36,148 bases of DNA, from IMG/VR virus record IMGVR_UViG_3300008255_000266, positions 1 to 36,148 of that record; one strand, given 5' to 3'. Positions 17,258 to 26,558 of the stretch are shown piece by piece. Both the position numbers and the translations under genes were made by a program. The notes under the pieces are model-generated. The model did no database searches. It saw only the letters and a list, made by a program, of their open reading frames with translations, and was not told where the DNA came from. Numbering within the stretch: position 1 is the stretch's first letter; each line of letters opens with the position of its first letter. The stretch comes from a virus. Taxonomy: Duplodnaviria; Caudoviricetes.

Positions 17258-18000
17258 TAGCGGTGCCCGACGATCCACAGAAGATCGTCGGGTTCAAGAA
17301 ACGGAATACACTTCGCCTCGTAGACGGAGTCAAGGTCCACGCCGCCGATGGACCCCGTAATCCGCGTGTCGTATTTGTGTCCGGAGGGCACCAGGCGGCA
17401 GTAGGCAGGCCAGAACGGTGGTGCCCACATGTTCAGCCGAGAGATCGGGTCCGCGCCGACAACGACGCCAAGCACAGGCAAGTCCGTGCGTCCCTCGCTA
17501 AGCAAACCGACCAGGATACCGGCAAGGCTCATGGCGCTGCCTACCGGGACTACAACACGCTTCACCTCAGCGGGGATGTTCACGACCTCCTCGGCGGTGG
17601 CCGTGACAGCTTCCTCACACTCCATCCCGAACGGAACGTATGACCAACCGCGCTCGCGCGCGTCCTCACGGGAGCGCTTGATGAGCACGCTGTTATATCC
17701 GGGTATGACCGGGACGCGGCACGCTCCCGCTTCCTCGGCCTGTAGAATCTCAGGACCGGGAGCGCCGTTAGGAGTGAAGATCCGGCACGGGATCCCCAGG
17801 TGCTGGGCGAGACGCGCAACGATCATGCACTGGGGGCTAGACCGGCTCCCTGCCGTCACCACACCGCGCCTCTCACGTTCCATCAGCGTCCACGCAGTCC
17901 GTACCTTGCCGCCGCGCACACCGGCAACCTCGAACAGGTCGTCTCGTTTCAGCCAGACGTTGCCGAAGGACGCCGCACGGAGTTCAACCGGCGTGGTCAT
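17257..18000 (-). CDS. Fold-type II PLP-dependent enzyme (PALP; ACC deaminase/D-Cys desulfhydrase-like)
   Basis: TPVE...VWLKRDDL...GGKVR (PLP lysine), VVPVGSAMSLAGI, LDSVYEAK; ATGA-coupled to the MTase. Confidence 0.85.
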   Translation of the reverse strand: MTTPVELRAASFGNVWLKRDDLFEVAGVRGGKVRTAWTLMERERRGVVTAGSRSSPQCMIVARLAQHLGIPCRIFTPNGAPGPEILQAEEAGACRVPVIPGYNSVLIKRSREDARERGWSYVPFGMECEEAVTATAEEVVNIPAEVKRVVVPVGSAMSLAGILVGLLSEGRTDLPVLGVVVGADPISRLNMWAPPFWPAYCRLVPSGHKYDTRITGSIGGVDLDSVYEAKCIPFLEPDDLLWIVGHR

Positions 18001-19379
18001 TTCTCTTCCTCTGGCAAGCCGCACGCGTCAGACGCCGCACGCGGGTCGCCCTTGACGAACACGTAAACATACTGGTGGGTGTTCCCTAACTTGCGGCTGA
18101 CCTTGAACTGCGCGGACGTGCGCACGGGCAAAGAGCCGATCATGGTGACAAGCACGGCCTGGTTGTACAGGCGCAGGCCCGCAGCCTCGAAGGCGTTGAT
18201 CGTGACGTCGGGGAAGCGCGCATACGTCCCATCCGGTAGGCGATAGTCACCAACAACGATGGCAGCGAAGCGATCGTTCGCGAGCGTGGCGCAGGACGCT
18301 GCGATGATCTCGAAGTAGACCTGGTTGAAGTCCTCGCGGCTCATGGCAGAAAGGTCGCGCGGGTCATCGCTGTACTTCTCGAGGTTGCCGTATGGAGGGC
18401 ACGTCATAACGAAGTCGGACTGAAAGCCCGGAAGGACAGCGGTCGGTATCGTTGCCGCGTCCGCGTGTATCCACTGAGGACGCGGTCGTGTGCCACAGAT
18501 CGCCACCGCCTGTTCCCGGTTTGCCGCGATCTGCGGACCGGAAAGCTCGAAGCCGACGTATCGCCGGTCAAGCATGGCCGCAACGATCCCGCGCACCGAG
18601 CCGCCCGCGAACGGATCAAGGACCACCCCGCCGATGGGCGAGAACCACGTGTACAAGAGCTCACACAGCACGGGGTCGAAGATGCTCGTACCCGCAACCG
18701 CGCCGATCTCCTCGTTCTTGCGGTCATCGTATGGACCGGGAGTCATCCCGAACACGAGCCCGCCCTTGTGGGAGGCTGTCTGCTTCACACGTCCAGACGC
18801 GCGTTGCTTCTGGATGGCGTCGAGTTGAGGCTGCGAACTGAACGCCGGGTTGTACGCGGGATCCTTCTTCTTGCTCTTCCTATAGTAGGCAACGTCGGAT
18901 ATTCTCCACGTGAGCCCTTTGCTGCCTGCAGGATTGTAGGTTTCCTCTTCCACGCTCTTTTCCTTCTCAATGCGCCGGTAGTGGTCAAACTCGGCAACGT
19001 TGCCCGTAAAGGTCAATCCCTTTGGCGGTGGTTCCCCGTGCTCGTACTCGCCTCGCCCCTTGCGGTAATCCTCAAGCTGAGAGGAGAGCCCCAGGGGATT
19101 GGGGTTCGCGTTGTACCCACGCTGCCACGCGCCGTCGTTTGCAGGGTCGCGCACGGTCCCGTTCGGGACAATGTTCTCGCCGCGCCCGAGCTCAGACTGG
19201 ATACCTAGATGCATCCACGCCTCTTTGCGCTTGCGCCAGTAGCCCTGCTTCACATCGAACACGCTGAACGGAGGAGCGAGCCACTTCTTCGAGAGCTCAC
19301 CTCCGTCGAGCATCACCTTCGTTCCGAACAGGGACGTACCGAACGGGCTGTACTGCTTGTCCAGCGGCGCGCGTGACAT
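17997..19379 (-). CDS. SAM-dependent DNA amino-methyltransferase-like protein
   Basis: TSIFDPVLCE, VLDPFAGGSVRG (SAM binding) preceding MTCPPY; start coupled to the clamp stop. Confidence 0.8.
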   Translation of the reverse strand: MSRAPLDKQYSPFGTSLFGTKVMLDGGELSKKWLAPPFSVFDVKQGYWRKRKEAWMHLGIQSELGRGENIVPNGTVRDPANDGAWQRGYNANPNPLGLSSQLEDYRKGRGEYEHGEPPPKGLTFTGNVAEFDHYRRIEKEKSVEEETYNPAGSKGLTWRISDVAYYRKSKKKDPAYNPAFSSQPQLDAIQKQRASGRVKQTASHKGGLVFGMTPGPYDDRKNEEIGAVAGTSIFDPVLCELLYTWFSPIGGVVLDPFAGGSVRGIVAAMLDRRYVGFELSGPQIAANREQAVAICGTRPRPQWIHADAATIPTAVLPGFQSDFVMTCPPYGNLEKYSDDPRDLSAMSREDFNQVYFEIIAASCATLANDRFAAIVVGDYRLPDGTYARFPDVTINAFEAAGLRLYNQAVLVTMIGSLPVRTSAQFKVSRKLGNTHQYVYVFVKGDPRAASDACGLPEEEK

Positions 19380-20437
19380 CAGGCGCGCAGCAACAGGTAG
19401 AGTCGCCGTGACCCAGCCGCACGTACGAGGGCAATCGTCCCGCCGATTGCCAGGTCGAGGTCGTTGCCGGACGCCGCCTGGATCGCCGTGGTCAGATCGT
19501 CGATACCGAACGACCATGCGCCCACGGCTTCATTCTCAAAGTCGTCCTGATACCCGCCCTGCTGAGCCTCGAGCGTGCTGATGGTCATAACCCCGTTCGC
19601 ACCTACAAGTCGCAGGATTGAGGCGTCGTAGACCTTTGCAGCTGCGATGGCGGTTGTCAGAAGCGCGATGGGTAGACGCACATCCTGCGTAGCCTTCATC
19701 TCGCGGATGGCCTTCATTGTTGGCCATTCCCCGGACATGAGAGGCACGCGCACGACTGACTGGTCGGACGGCGACCGCAACACAAGGGTTCTTCCGAGTA
19801 CCGCGAACTCGACGTTCGGACCGCGCATGATACGCAGGGCTGTGACGAAATCGGTCGCCGGTACAATGACCGTGTGTTTCTCGGGAATGTGCGCCAGGGC
19901 CGGTATGGACACCTCGAGCATGACCGAGACGCCGTTCGTTGCCTGGATCCCTACCTTCCCTCCAGCCGCCGTAACCCTGATCCCCTCAAGGATGGGGTTG
20001 CCGTACGACCGCGCCGCGCACGATGCGGCCAGCGCGACTTCCGCCTTCAGATCATCGAGACAGACGGTGACGAATGGAGGAAGGGACATCAGGGAAGCAT
20101 AGTGCGCCCCTGCTTCGGGATCCTCGCCGCCGATGATACGTAGCGAAGATCGCCGCCGCCCGGAGGTCACAACGACCGCGTTCTGTGGAGAGATGGATAG
20201 CGCCGTCTCGGATCCGGCAAACACGTTCGCCAGCGCCGCGAAGTCCTCCGCGTTGACGGCAACGGTCGCGCCGAGCATGGTCCCGTCTTCAACCATCACT
20301 CCGCACGTCACGTACCCTCCCCTGTACAGAGCGACAGTCCCGCTCTCCGTCGGCATCAGAAGCAACGGGGAGGGAACGAGCTCGATCTTGGCGACCGATG
20401 CTGCGTCGGCCAGACGCTTGAGGGATGTATCACGCAT
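19379..20437 (-). CDS. DNA polymerase III beta sliding clamp homolog
   Basis: About 352 aa; PILEGI, QATNG, TVIVPA and LMSGEWP match DnaN-type motifs; AAGGAG RBS. Confidence 0.75.
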   Translation of the reverse strand: MRDTSLKRLADAASVAKIELVPSPLLLMPTESGTVALYRGGYVTCGVMVEDGTMLGATVAVNAEDFAALANVFAGSETALSISPQNAVVVTSGRRRSSLRIIGGEDPEAGAHYASLMSLPPFVTVCLDDLKAEVALAASCAARSYGNPILEGIRVTAAGGKVGIQATNGVSVMLEVSIPALAHIPEKHTVIVPATDFVTALRIMRGPNVEFAVLGRTLVLRSPSDQSVVRVPLMSGEWPTMKAIREMKATQDVRLPIALLTTAIAAAKVYDASILRLVGANGVMTISTLEAQQGGYQDDFENEAVGAWSFGIDDLTTAIQAASGNDLDLAIGGTIALVRAAGSRRLYLLLRA

Positions 20438-20474
20438 GGAAAGCTCCTTCTGTTTGTCAAGTAAGTCTAACGGT

Positions 20475-21860
20475 TCAGCGTAACAAGTCAACCGCGTACG
20501 AGAGATCCGTTGCCCTGCGTGCGATAGACTGCTTGTTTCTTAGTGCGTCGTACACTTTCACGTCGACCGTTCCAGTCGCGATGAGATGGAAATATGTTAC
20601 TTTTCGTAACTGACCTATGCGGTGTAGCCGGTCCCGCGCCTGGAGGAAGTCGTCAAGACTGAACCCGGTTGAGAAGAAGATGGCAATCGACGCCGCTGTT
20701 AGGTCGATGCCCAGCGACCCCGCCCGGATCTGTACAAGGAGCACGTCGTACTCGCCGTGACGGAACCGCTCGAGTATCGCCGTCCGCTCATGACTGGAAA
20801 CCGACCCATCGAACCGCGCCACGCGCAGCGTTTTCGGTAGCCGAACTTGCATCGCGTCGAGGTCGTGGAGGAAGCGGGCGAACACGACGACCTTCTCGCC
20901 GCCAGCATGAGCGTTCGCAATCAGATCCAGTGCTACGTCGGCCTTCTCGGTCGATAGGTCGATAGTCTCGCCGCCAACCTCGCGAGCGAACCCGGACGTA
21001 ATCTGTTGAAGTCGAAGGAGCAGCGTCAGGACCAGTTGTGCAATCACCGGACGCGGTCCTGCCCCCGTTTGTACCATCGTGATCGCCTTGCGTCTCAGCT
21101 CGTCATAGGTCGCCATAGTGTTGGGTGTAAGTGTGACCGGGATCAGGATGTCCTGTCGCTCGGGCAGGTCGATCGCCTCGGCTTTCGTACACTGAAACGC
21201 TGTCTTCGCCACAATGTCGTGCGCCCCGGTTACGTTCCGATAGCGAATGATCTGCCGCCCCTGGTAGCCTCCCATGACAAGATACGTGTTCTGAAAACTC
21301 GTCCACGACCCGAAGATATTCGGCGAGATGAAGCGAAACATGCTCCACAAATCCTCAAGCCCGTTCGTGACCGGCGTCCCGGTGAGGGCCAGCTTCACTT
21401 TGACGTGCTCTCTGTCACCGAGGATATGAGCGAAGCGAGACTGGCGTGTACCCCGATTCTTGATCCGGTGCGCCTCGTCGATGATCACCGCATCGGGCTC
21501 CCAGCGAAGGACAGCCGCGCGCAAAGGCTCGCGCCAGTAGGATTCGAAGTTACAGATGACGATGGTTGGCACCTTGCGATCGGTCTTCTTGAGCGCCACC
21601 GTCCGATCCTTGATTGTGCCACACCCGGTCAGGTCAACAATCGTGTGAGGTAGACCCACGATACGCGCCTCGCGTTGCCAGACGCCCACTGCGGACAGAG
21701 GGCATACAACGAGCACCCTCTGGCAATCTTGTTCCGTAAGGTGGGCAAGAGCAATACGAGACTTTCCGGTTCCCATCTCCATCCACAGCCCGGCTCTACC
21801 GTTGCGCGCGCGCACGAACTCGAGACCGCGCTTCTGATGGTCATACAGGTCAAAGGACAC
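20475..21860 (-). CDS. SNF2-family helicase
   Basis: MEMGTGKS, IIDEAHRIKN, LTGTP, GSLGIDLT and QARDRLHRIGQ. Confidence 0.92.
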   Translation of the reverse strand: MSFDLYDHQKRGLEFVRARNGRAGLWMEMGTGKSRIALAHLTEQDCQRVLVVCPLSAVGVWQREARIVGLPHTIVDLTGCGTIKDRTVALKKTDRKVPTIVICNFESYWREPLRAAVLRWEPDAVIIDEAHRIKNRGTRQSRFAHILGDREHVKVKLALTGTPVTNGLEDLWSMFRFISPNIFGSWTSFQNTYLVMGGYQGRQIIRYRNVTGAHDIVAKTAFQCTKAEAIDLPERQDILIPVTLTPNTMATYDELRRKAITMVQTGAGPRPVIAQLVLTLLLRLQQITSGFAREVGGETIDLSTEKADVALDLIANAHAGGEKVVVFARFLHDLDAMQVRLPKTLRVARFDGSVSSHERTAILERFRHGEYDVLLVQIRAGSLGIDLTAASIAIFFSTGFSLDDFLQARDRLHRIGQLRKVTYFHLIATGTVDVKVYDALRNKQSIARRATDLSYAVDLLR

Positions 21861-21887
21861 GGGATAGACCGCCGATGTGTTTCCCTA

Positions 21888-21921
21888 ACCGTACCACGTA
21901 TAGGAGGAAGCGTCAAGTCAA
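21888..21921 (-). promoter_or_regulatory. Sigma70-like promoter at the start of the replication module
   Basis: TTGACG-17 nt-TACGGT with an extended -10 TG, preceded by TTGAC. Confidence 0.55.
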
Positions 21922-21928
21922 AGTCAGG

Positions 21929-22165
21929 TCAGCGGACAATCTTCCCCAGCACGATGTACCCACTCCCCACCCGAGCGACGAGCACCTCGTCGTTGGTGAT
22001 GACGGTCACGCCGTCGAGCTTCGGGTAATACTGCGTGTCCGGCGCGGCCTGCCCGGTGCGCTGGATCTGGACCGTGTCTCCGCTGTTAGCAACGACAACC
22101 GCCCGGAACAGTTGCAGGTTCTGGTCCTTCTCGACCTTGCCCATGATCTCTTCGAGGATGTTCAT
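21929..22165 (-). CDS. Small tail-tip protein (OB-fold spike-like)
   Basis: Last gene of the tail module; NDEVLVARVGSGYIVLGKI pattern typical of small genes following hub proteins. Confidence 0.6.
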   Translation of the reverse strand: MNILEEIMGKVEKDQNLQLFRAVVVANSGDTVQIQRTGQAAPDTQYYPKLDGVTVITNDEVLVARVGSGYIVLGKIVR

Positions 22166-23391
22166 CCCGGCCCGAACGACGCGACGGTCGCCTTTCGTAG
22201 TTGGTGAGTCATCTCGGCCCCGACCTTATCACTGAGCGTCCAGCTATCAACCGCCCAGAGACTCCCGTATTCGACGTTCGTTACCCACAGGCGGTACGAC
22301 TCATGTGCGCCCCGGCGCGGGTCCGTGTGCGTCGTCAGCGTGCCCGAGATAGCGGACATGGCTGACTCCCGCAGTTCGGAGTCGGCATAGGTCGCCGCCA
22401 TCGCCGCGCTTAGGATATGGTCGACGGTCAACTCCTTCATCACCACCTTACCCAGCGCCAGCGTTGACGTGGGCGAGCGCCCGTCACCGTTCACCTCCAC
22501 AGCCGAGACGGGCGCACGGGCCGGGTCTTGGGTGACAACAGCGATCCGGTTCGTGCCAGACATTCGCGTCTCTTTTCGCAGGAACGGCTCGCGGATCATC
22601 CGGGGTTCCTGTTCGACGTGGTACACGACGTCCGGGGAGCGCGTGGCGTAGTCAGCGCGGGCGCGCGAGGTGAACGTGCCCGTCGCGTCCGGCCAGATCG
22701 GATACCAGTCGAGACCCACCAGCAGATCATTGATGATCTTCAGGTACGACGTCCCGGCGGGCCACGTGAAGTCGACGGGCGTGACGTCCAGCGTGCCCAT
22801 GAGGTTGTGATTCAGCCCGAGCGAGTCAAGGATCGCACGTACGGCGGCGATGTAGCCCGTCCCAGCCGCAACCGTGTATGGCGCACTCACGGGCGTCTCT
22901 GCGACTTCGGTCGTCAGGTCGGACCCGGCCAGCGACCAGTATTCGTGGTCGTTCGGCCTGAACGTCCGCGCCGGGACATCCGCCCGGAAGAGTCCAAGCT
23001 GGAACGGCGTCCAGACCCCGGCCACAAGCGCATCCATCGACACGCTGAAGTACGAGCCGGGAGCAACAAACGAGGCGGGCAGGTCGTTCGCATGGATCGA
23101 GAGGCTGGCCGTCCGTGATACTGACCGCTTGTTGTCGAGCGTCACCTCAGCCGAGATGACCGCCGTCGTCAGCTTGGCCAACACCGCATTGTTACGGGTG
23201 CGCTGCTCGTAGCGGAAGCGGATCGTCGACGCGCCGGACGAACCGGCAAGGGCTTGCGCGACAGCCAGTTGTGCGGCACTGAGGGACGGATCGCCGACGG
23301 TCGACGGACCAACGCCGCCGGGACGAGTCCAGACGACACGGCTGCGGGAAACGACAGGCTGGGGACGAGTCGTACGGACCGCCGTAGCCAT
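22162..23391 (-). CDS. Minor tail / baseplate hub-like protein
   Basis: Position in the module; beta-rich sequence with FQLGLF, IWPDATG and NRIAV segments. Confidence 0.65.
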   Translation of the reverse strand: MATAVRTTRPQPVVSRSRVVWTRPGGVGPSTVGDPSLSAAQLAVAQALAGSSGASTIRFRYEQRTRNNAVLAKLTTAVISAEVTLDNKRSVSRTASLSIHANDLPASFVAPGSYFSVSMDALVAGVWTPFQLGLFRADVPARTFRPNDHEYWSLAGSDLTTEVAETPVSAPYTVAAGTGYIAAVRAILDSLGLNHNLMGTLDVTPVDFTWPAGTSYLKIINDLLVGLDWYPIWPDATGTFTSRARADYATRSPDVVYHVEQEPRMIREPFLRKETRMSGTNRIAVVTQDPARAPVSAVEVNGDGRSPTSTLALGKVVMKELTVDHILSAAMAATYADSELRESAMSAISGTLTTHTDPRRGAHESYRLWVTNVEYGSLWAVDSWTLSDKVGAEMTHQLRKATVASFGPG

Positions 23392-23399
23392 CAGCTACC

Positions 23400-23849
23400 T
23401 CATTCGTCCCAGATGCAGCCCACGGCGACGTTGACGACCTGTGCTGCCGTGAGACGCATCCGCCAGAAGCCGGAGACGGGGAGCAGGATCTCGTTCCCGC
23501 CAACCGCCTGATAGTAGAACCCGCTCGTGGGCGGGATGCGGAAGATCGGCATGTTCGCCGTCACCGTGCCAGCGCCTTCGACCGTGGCCGTGTGCTTCAC
23601 CGTCAACTGCGACACGCCGTCGGCGGCATCTGCCTGCGCTGGCGTGATCGTCGTCGCTGTGGTGATCGCAGCGGAGAACCGGCCCACCTCGCACTTGACT
23701 GGCGTGTTCGCGGCTGTGACGCCATCGAACATGATCCACCACTCGAGAATCTTGGCGCGGGCGGTCGCCGGAGTTGCCAGTTCGAGAACGGATTTCGCGA
23801 CTCCAGCGGCAAGGGCGATCGCGTCCACCGAGGCTATATATTTGGGCAT
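23400..23849 (-). CDS. Putative virion structural protein
   Basis: AGGAGG RBS; Ala/Thr/Val-rich; within the tail module. Confidence 0.65.
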   Translation of the reverse strand: MPKYIASVDAIALAAGVAKSVLELATPATARAKILEWWIMFDGVTAANTPVKCEVGRFSAAITTATTITPAQADAADGVSQLTVKHTATVEGAGTVTANMPIFRIPPTSGFYYQAVGGNEILLPVSGFWRMRLTAAQVVNVAVGCIWDE

Positions 23850-23858
23850 TGCATCCTC

Positions 23859-24917
23859 CTAGACAGCTTCGCTGTACTCGATTTCGATCAGGGACAAGTC
23901 GGGCGCGTATTCCATCTGTCCTGTTTTACGACTCAAACCGGCGATTGAACAGAACCAGAGCTCACGCGCTGCACCCATGCGTACACAATACACCGCCGAG
24001 GCCGTTCGCTGGCGAGCCAGCATATCGCGTAGCCCTTGCCAGCGTGCTCGATCGCGAAGGTGCCTGGACAACCCCGGTAGCGATATCTGGTGAAACTGCT
24101 TCTCGCCAACCTGAACAGTCGGTGCGCTCCGGCCCCAGGTAAGGATCGTCTGAATGTCTTGTATCACGGAGATGTCAGCCTCGAACTGGTCGAATCGAGC
24201 GTTTGTTGTCCCCGCGCCGACCTCGTGAATCCAGCAATGATCGAAATCGACGTAACCGTTCACGGCGACTTCGGTCGAAATCAGCGTGCCACCTGCCGTA
24301 GTTGCTTCCCATACGATCGCGTACTGGTACACCGCCCGCGAGCGGACGTTGTAGTCGACATAGCTGAGCGTCCCGACGGCTGTGACCGTGGCGATGCGCG
24401 TCCAGACAGTATCCCCGCCCTCGCGTCGCTTGACGTAGTAGCTCACGAACGTCTCGCCAGCGCCGGGAACAACCTGCGTCCACGCCAGCCGGAAAGCCGG
24501 GATTGAAGCCGGATCTGCGCAGCCCCCCTGTACCTTGACAGTCAACCCGGTAACATCGACAGACGGAGCGAACGCCGTCAGGAACGAACAGGCCGCGCCG
24601 CCCGCCTGCCCCGTCTGCCCGAGCGTGTTCACGAAGTCGACGAGGACGTAGTACGTGACACCGTTCGACAGCGAGCCTGCCGGGATGACGTGGCTCTGCG
24701 TGGCCGACGCAACGACGCCGCTGTAGTAAGCGAGGACCGTCAGGGCGGCGTCCGTGAACACCTGTACGGTGAACGACTGTTGCGGACCGGGAGCGAACGT
24801 CCACGAAACCGTTATCGCTGCACTCGTGGCAGAGCCGCCGCAGGTCGGAGCCGTGATGGTCCCTGCCAGTACGGGCGTGCCAAGAAACAGCGCGTAGTGG
24901 CGGGTAGTCTCGCTCAC
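23859..24917 (-). CDS. Minor tail protein with fibronectin type III-like domains
   Basis: ITVSWT...TYYVLV and RLAWT...YYVKRR...YVDY...YQYAI FN3 patterns. Confidence 0.7.
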   Translation of the reverse strand: MSETTRHYALFLGTPVLAGTITAPTCGGSATSAAITVSWTFAPGPQQSFTVQVFTDAALTVLAYYSGVVASATQSHVIPAGSLSNGVTYYVLVDFVNTLGQTGQAGGAACSFLTAFAPSVDVTGLTVKVQGGCADPASIPAFRLAWTQVVPGAGETFVSYYVKRREGGDTVWTRIATVTAVGTLSYVDYNVRSRAVYQYAIVWEATTAGGTLISTEVAVNGYVDFDHCWIHEVGAGTTNARFDQFEADISVIQDIQTILTWGRSAPTVQVGEKQFHQISLPGLSRHLRDRARWQGLRDMLARQRTASAVYCVRMGAARELWFCSIAGLSRKTGQMEYAPDLSLIEIEYSEAV

Positions 24918-25234
24918 AGGGACTCAAGGCTCCACGGGAAGTTGCGGAAGCCACCGACCGTCTGCTGCAACGTGGCGGATGCTTGGAACGGCGACGGGAA
25001 CGGGATGCTGATGGCTACCGGGTCCGTCTGAGCGTCGACGTAGGACTGCCGCGCGTAGAGCACGAGCGCGCCCGTCGTGAGCACCTTGCGGTACACCTTC
25101 AGGATGACTGTGTCGCCCGCTTGCATGAGCGTCAGGTCGACAACAAGCAACAGGTTGCGATTGCTGGAGACGGTCGCGAGCGTCTGCTCCGCTGCGGTTG
25201 CCAGCAACGTACCGGACGCTTCAACAGTGGGCAT
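24914..25234 (-). CDS. Putative virion protein (MPTVEASG...)
   Basis: AGGAGG RBS before ATG 25234; beta-rich. Confidence 0.65.
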   Translation of the reverse strand: MPTVEASGTLLATAAEQTLATVSSNRNLLLVVDLTLMQAGDTVILKVYRKVLTTGALVLYARQSYVDAQTDPVAISIPFPSPFQASATLQQTVGGFRNFPWSLESL

Positions 25235-25242
25235 GGAGCCTC

Positions 25243-25623
25243 CTACTCGGTCAATGCGTCGGCATATGCCGCCGCAAGCCGTCGCGCTTTCTGATATGCC
25301 TTGTCGAGCATCGCCGTCGAGCCTGTCTTTTGCTTCGCTGTCCCGGTCGCTTGAATCGTTGCGTCGAGCGCCGCCATCGCCGCCCATCGCTGAGCGGCCA
25401 CGTCATACGCGGCGAAGATGTCCCGCTTGGTCGAGATGCTTGATGGCTCGATGTCCACCGGCTTCGGAAGCTGCGCGGCGATCTCATCATCGGTCGGATC
25501 GTGGTCGAACATCAGCGGATTGGCTGCACCATCGACTTCTACTTTCCACATCGACGGGAGCGGAGTCTCGCTAGTTCCGTTCCATATTCCTCTGCGAATC
25601 TCTGTCTTAACGGCCCTGCTCAT
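25243..25623 (-). CDS. Hypothetical protein (possible fibre/RBP chaperone)
   Basis: ATGA-coupled to the upstream tail gene; helical C-terminus. Confidence 0.55.
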   Translation of the reverse strand: MSRAVKTEIRRGIWNGTSETPLPSMWKVEVDGAANPLMFDHDPTDDEIAAQLPKPVDIEPSSISTKRDIFAAYDVAAQRWAAMAALDATIQATGTAKQKTGSTAMLDKAYQKARRLAAAYADALTE

Positions 25624-26555
25624 TTCCAATACCCCAAAATCGTGTAGATTCGCATTGAGTCCGTAGCATCCGCCGCAATATTCACCGCACCTATATTGGC
25701 GATAATTGCCGAGCCATCCGACGCCGGAATCTTTACTGTTCCAGTCGCCTTTAGGACGTCATCTATGTAGAGTTTGACGTTTGCGCTTGTCCACTCCAGC
25801 CGAGCTATGTGGCGATTGCCGTCGCTCGTGTCGCTTACTTCGTTGTTCTCTGTCTTCCCCGTGGCATCGCCGGTTGCAAGCACCCATCCAACCCCGGTCT
25901 TGCGATAGAACATCGCCCAGTGGTACGCCGCCCCAAACGGAGTAGCCGAGAATGACCTGTTAGAGAATCCTATTCCGCGCGTATCGTCAATAGCTGCAAC
26001 GGCTCCCAATGCAAACTCAAACTCTACCACGAATGTCGTATAATCTGAGCGAGGCAAGGTAAGTTCTGACGCATTGAAGCTCGCGAATGCACCGCCCGGT
26101 CCAGTTGGAAGAACGCCAGCGAATACCTGCGATAGTGAAACCTTGAATGCCGCCGCTGTAGTGTTTCGCACGTACCATTTTTTCGCGGTGGTATCAGCAA
26201 CCACCGTTGTCGATGCGTTGCTCATCCCACCCGGTCCGCCCATTCCGTTGCCGCCGGAATCGAAACGCCACCAAACAACGGGAGAAGCTACCCCGATCGT
26301 AAGAACCGAGTTTTGCTCAATAGGAACGGAGTTCCACGAGTATCCCACGGGGGGATTCGCGATCTGGTATTTGATCATCTGCGCGATGTCGCCTGACGCG
26401 CTCGCGGCACCAGCCGGAGCGGTGCCATTGAGGATCTCGGAGATGAGCTTCGCCAACTGCTCACCAAGCGAGCCGGTAATGGACGGGGTCATCGCCCCGA
26501 GGTCGGTCGTGCCTACGAGTTTTGGATCGCCTTGCGGAGCGGGCCAATCGGGCAT
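25620..26555 (-). CDS. Minor tail protein with a beta-sandwich (ConA-like) C-terminal domain, possible receptor-binding protein
   Basis: Directly follows the tape measure gene; RHIARLEWTSANVKLYIDDVL is a lectin/LamG-like strand pattern. Confidence 0.55.
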   Translation of the reverse strand: MPDWPAPQGDPKLVGTTDLGAMTPSITGSLGEQLAKLISEILNGTAPAGAASASGDIAQMIKYQIANPPVGYSWNSVPIEQNSVLTIGVASPVVWWRFDSGGNGMGGPGGMSNASTTVVADTTAKKWYVRNTTAAAFKVSLSQVFAGVLPTGPGGAFASFNASELTLPRSDYTTFVVEFEFALGAVAAIDDTRGIGFSNRSFSATPFGAAYHWAMFYRKTGVGWVLATGDATGKTENNEVSDTSDGNRHIARLEWTSANVKLYIDDVLKATGTVKIPASDGSAIIANIGAVNIAADATDSMRIYTILGYWK

Positions 26556-26558
26556 CTC

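Noticed and set aside
16220-17260. 346-aa plus-strand ORF opposite DUF932, and many other long plus-strand ORFs
   Set aside because: Codon-aligned antisense shadow typical of GC-rich genes, with no recognisable motifs, unlike the HNH at 10366.
25620-26555. Possible diversity-generating retroelement target
   Set aside because: No reverse transcriptase or template repeat was seen in the window.
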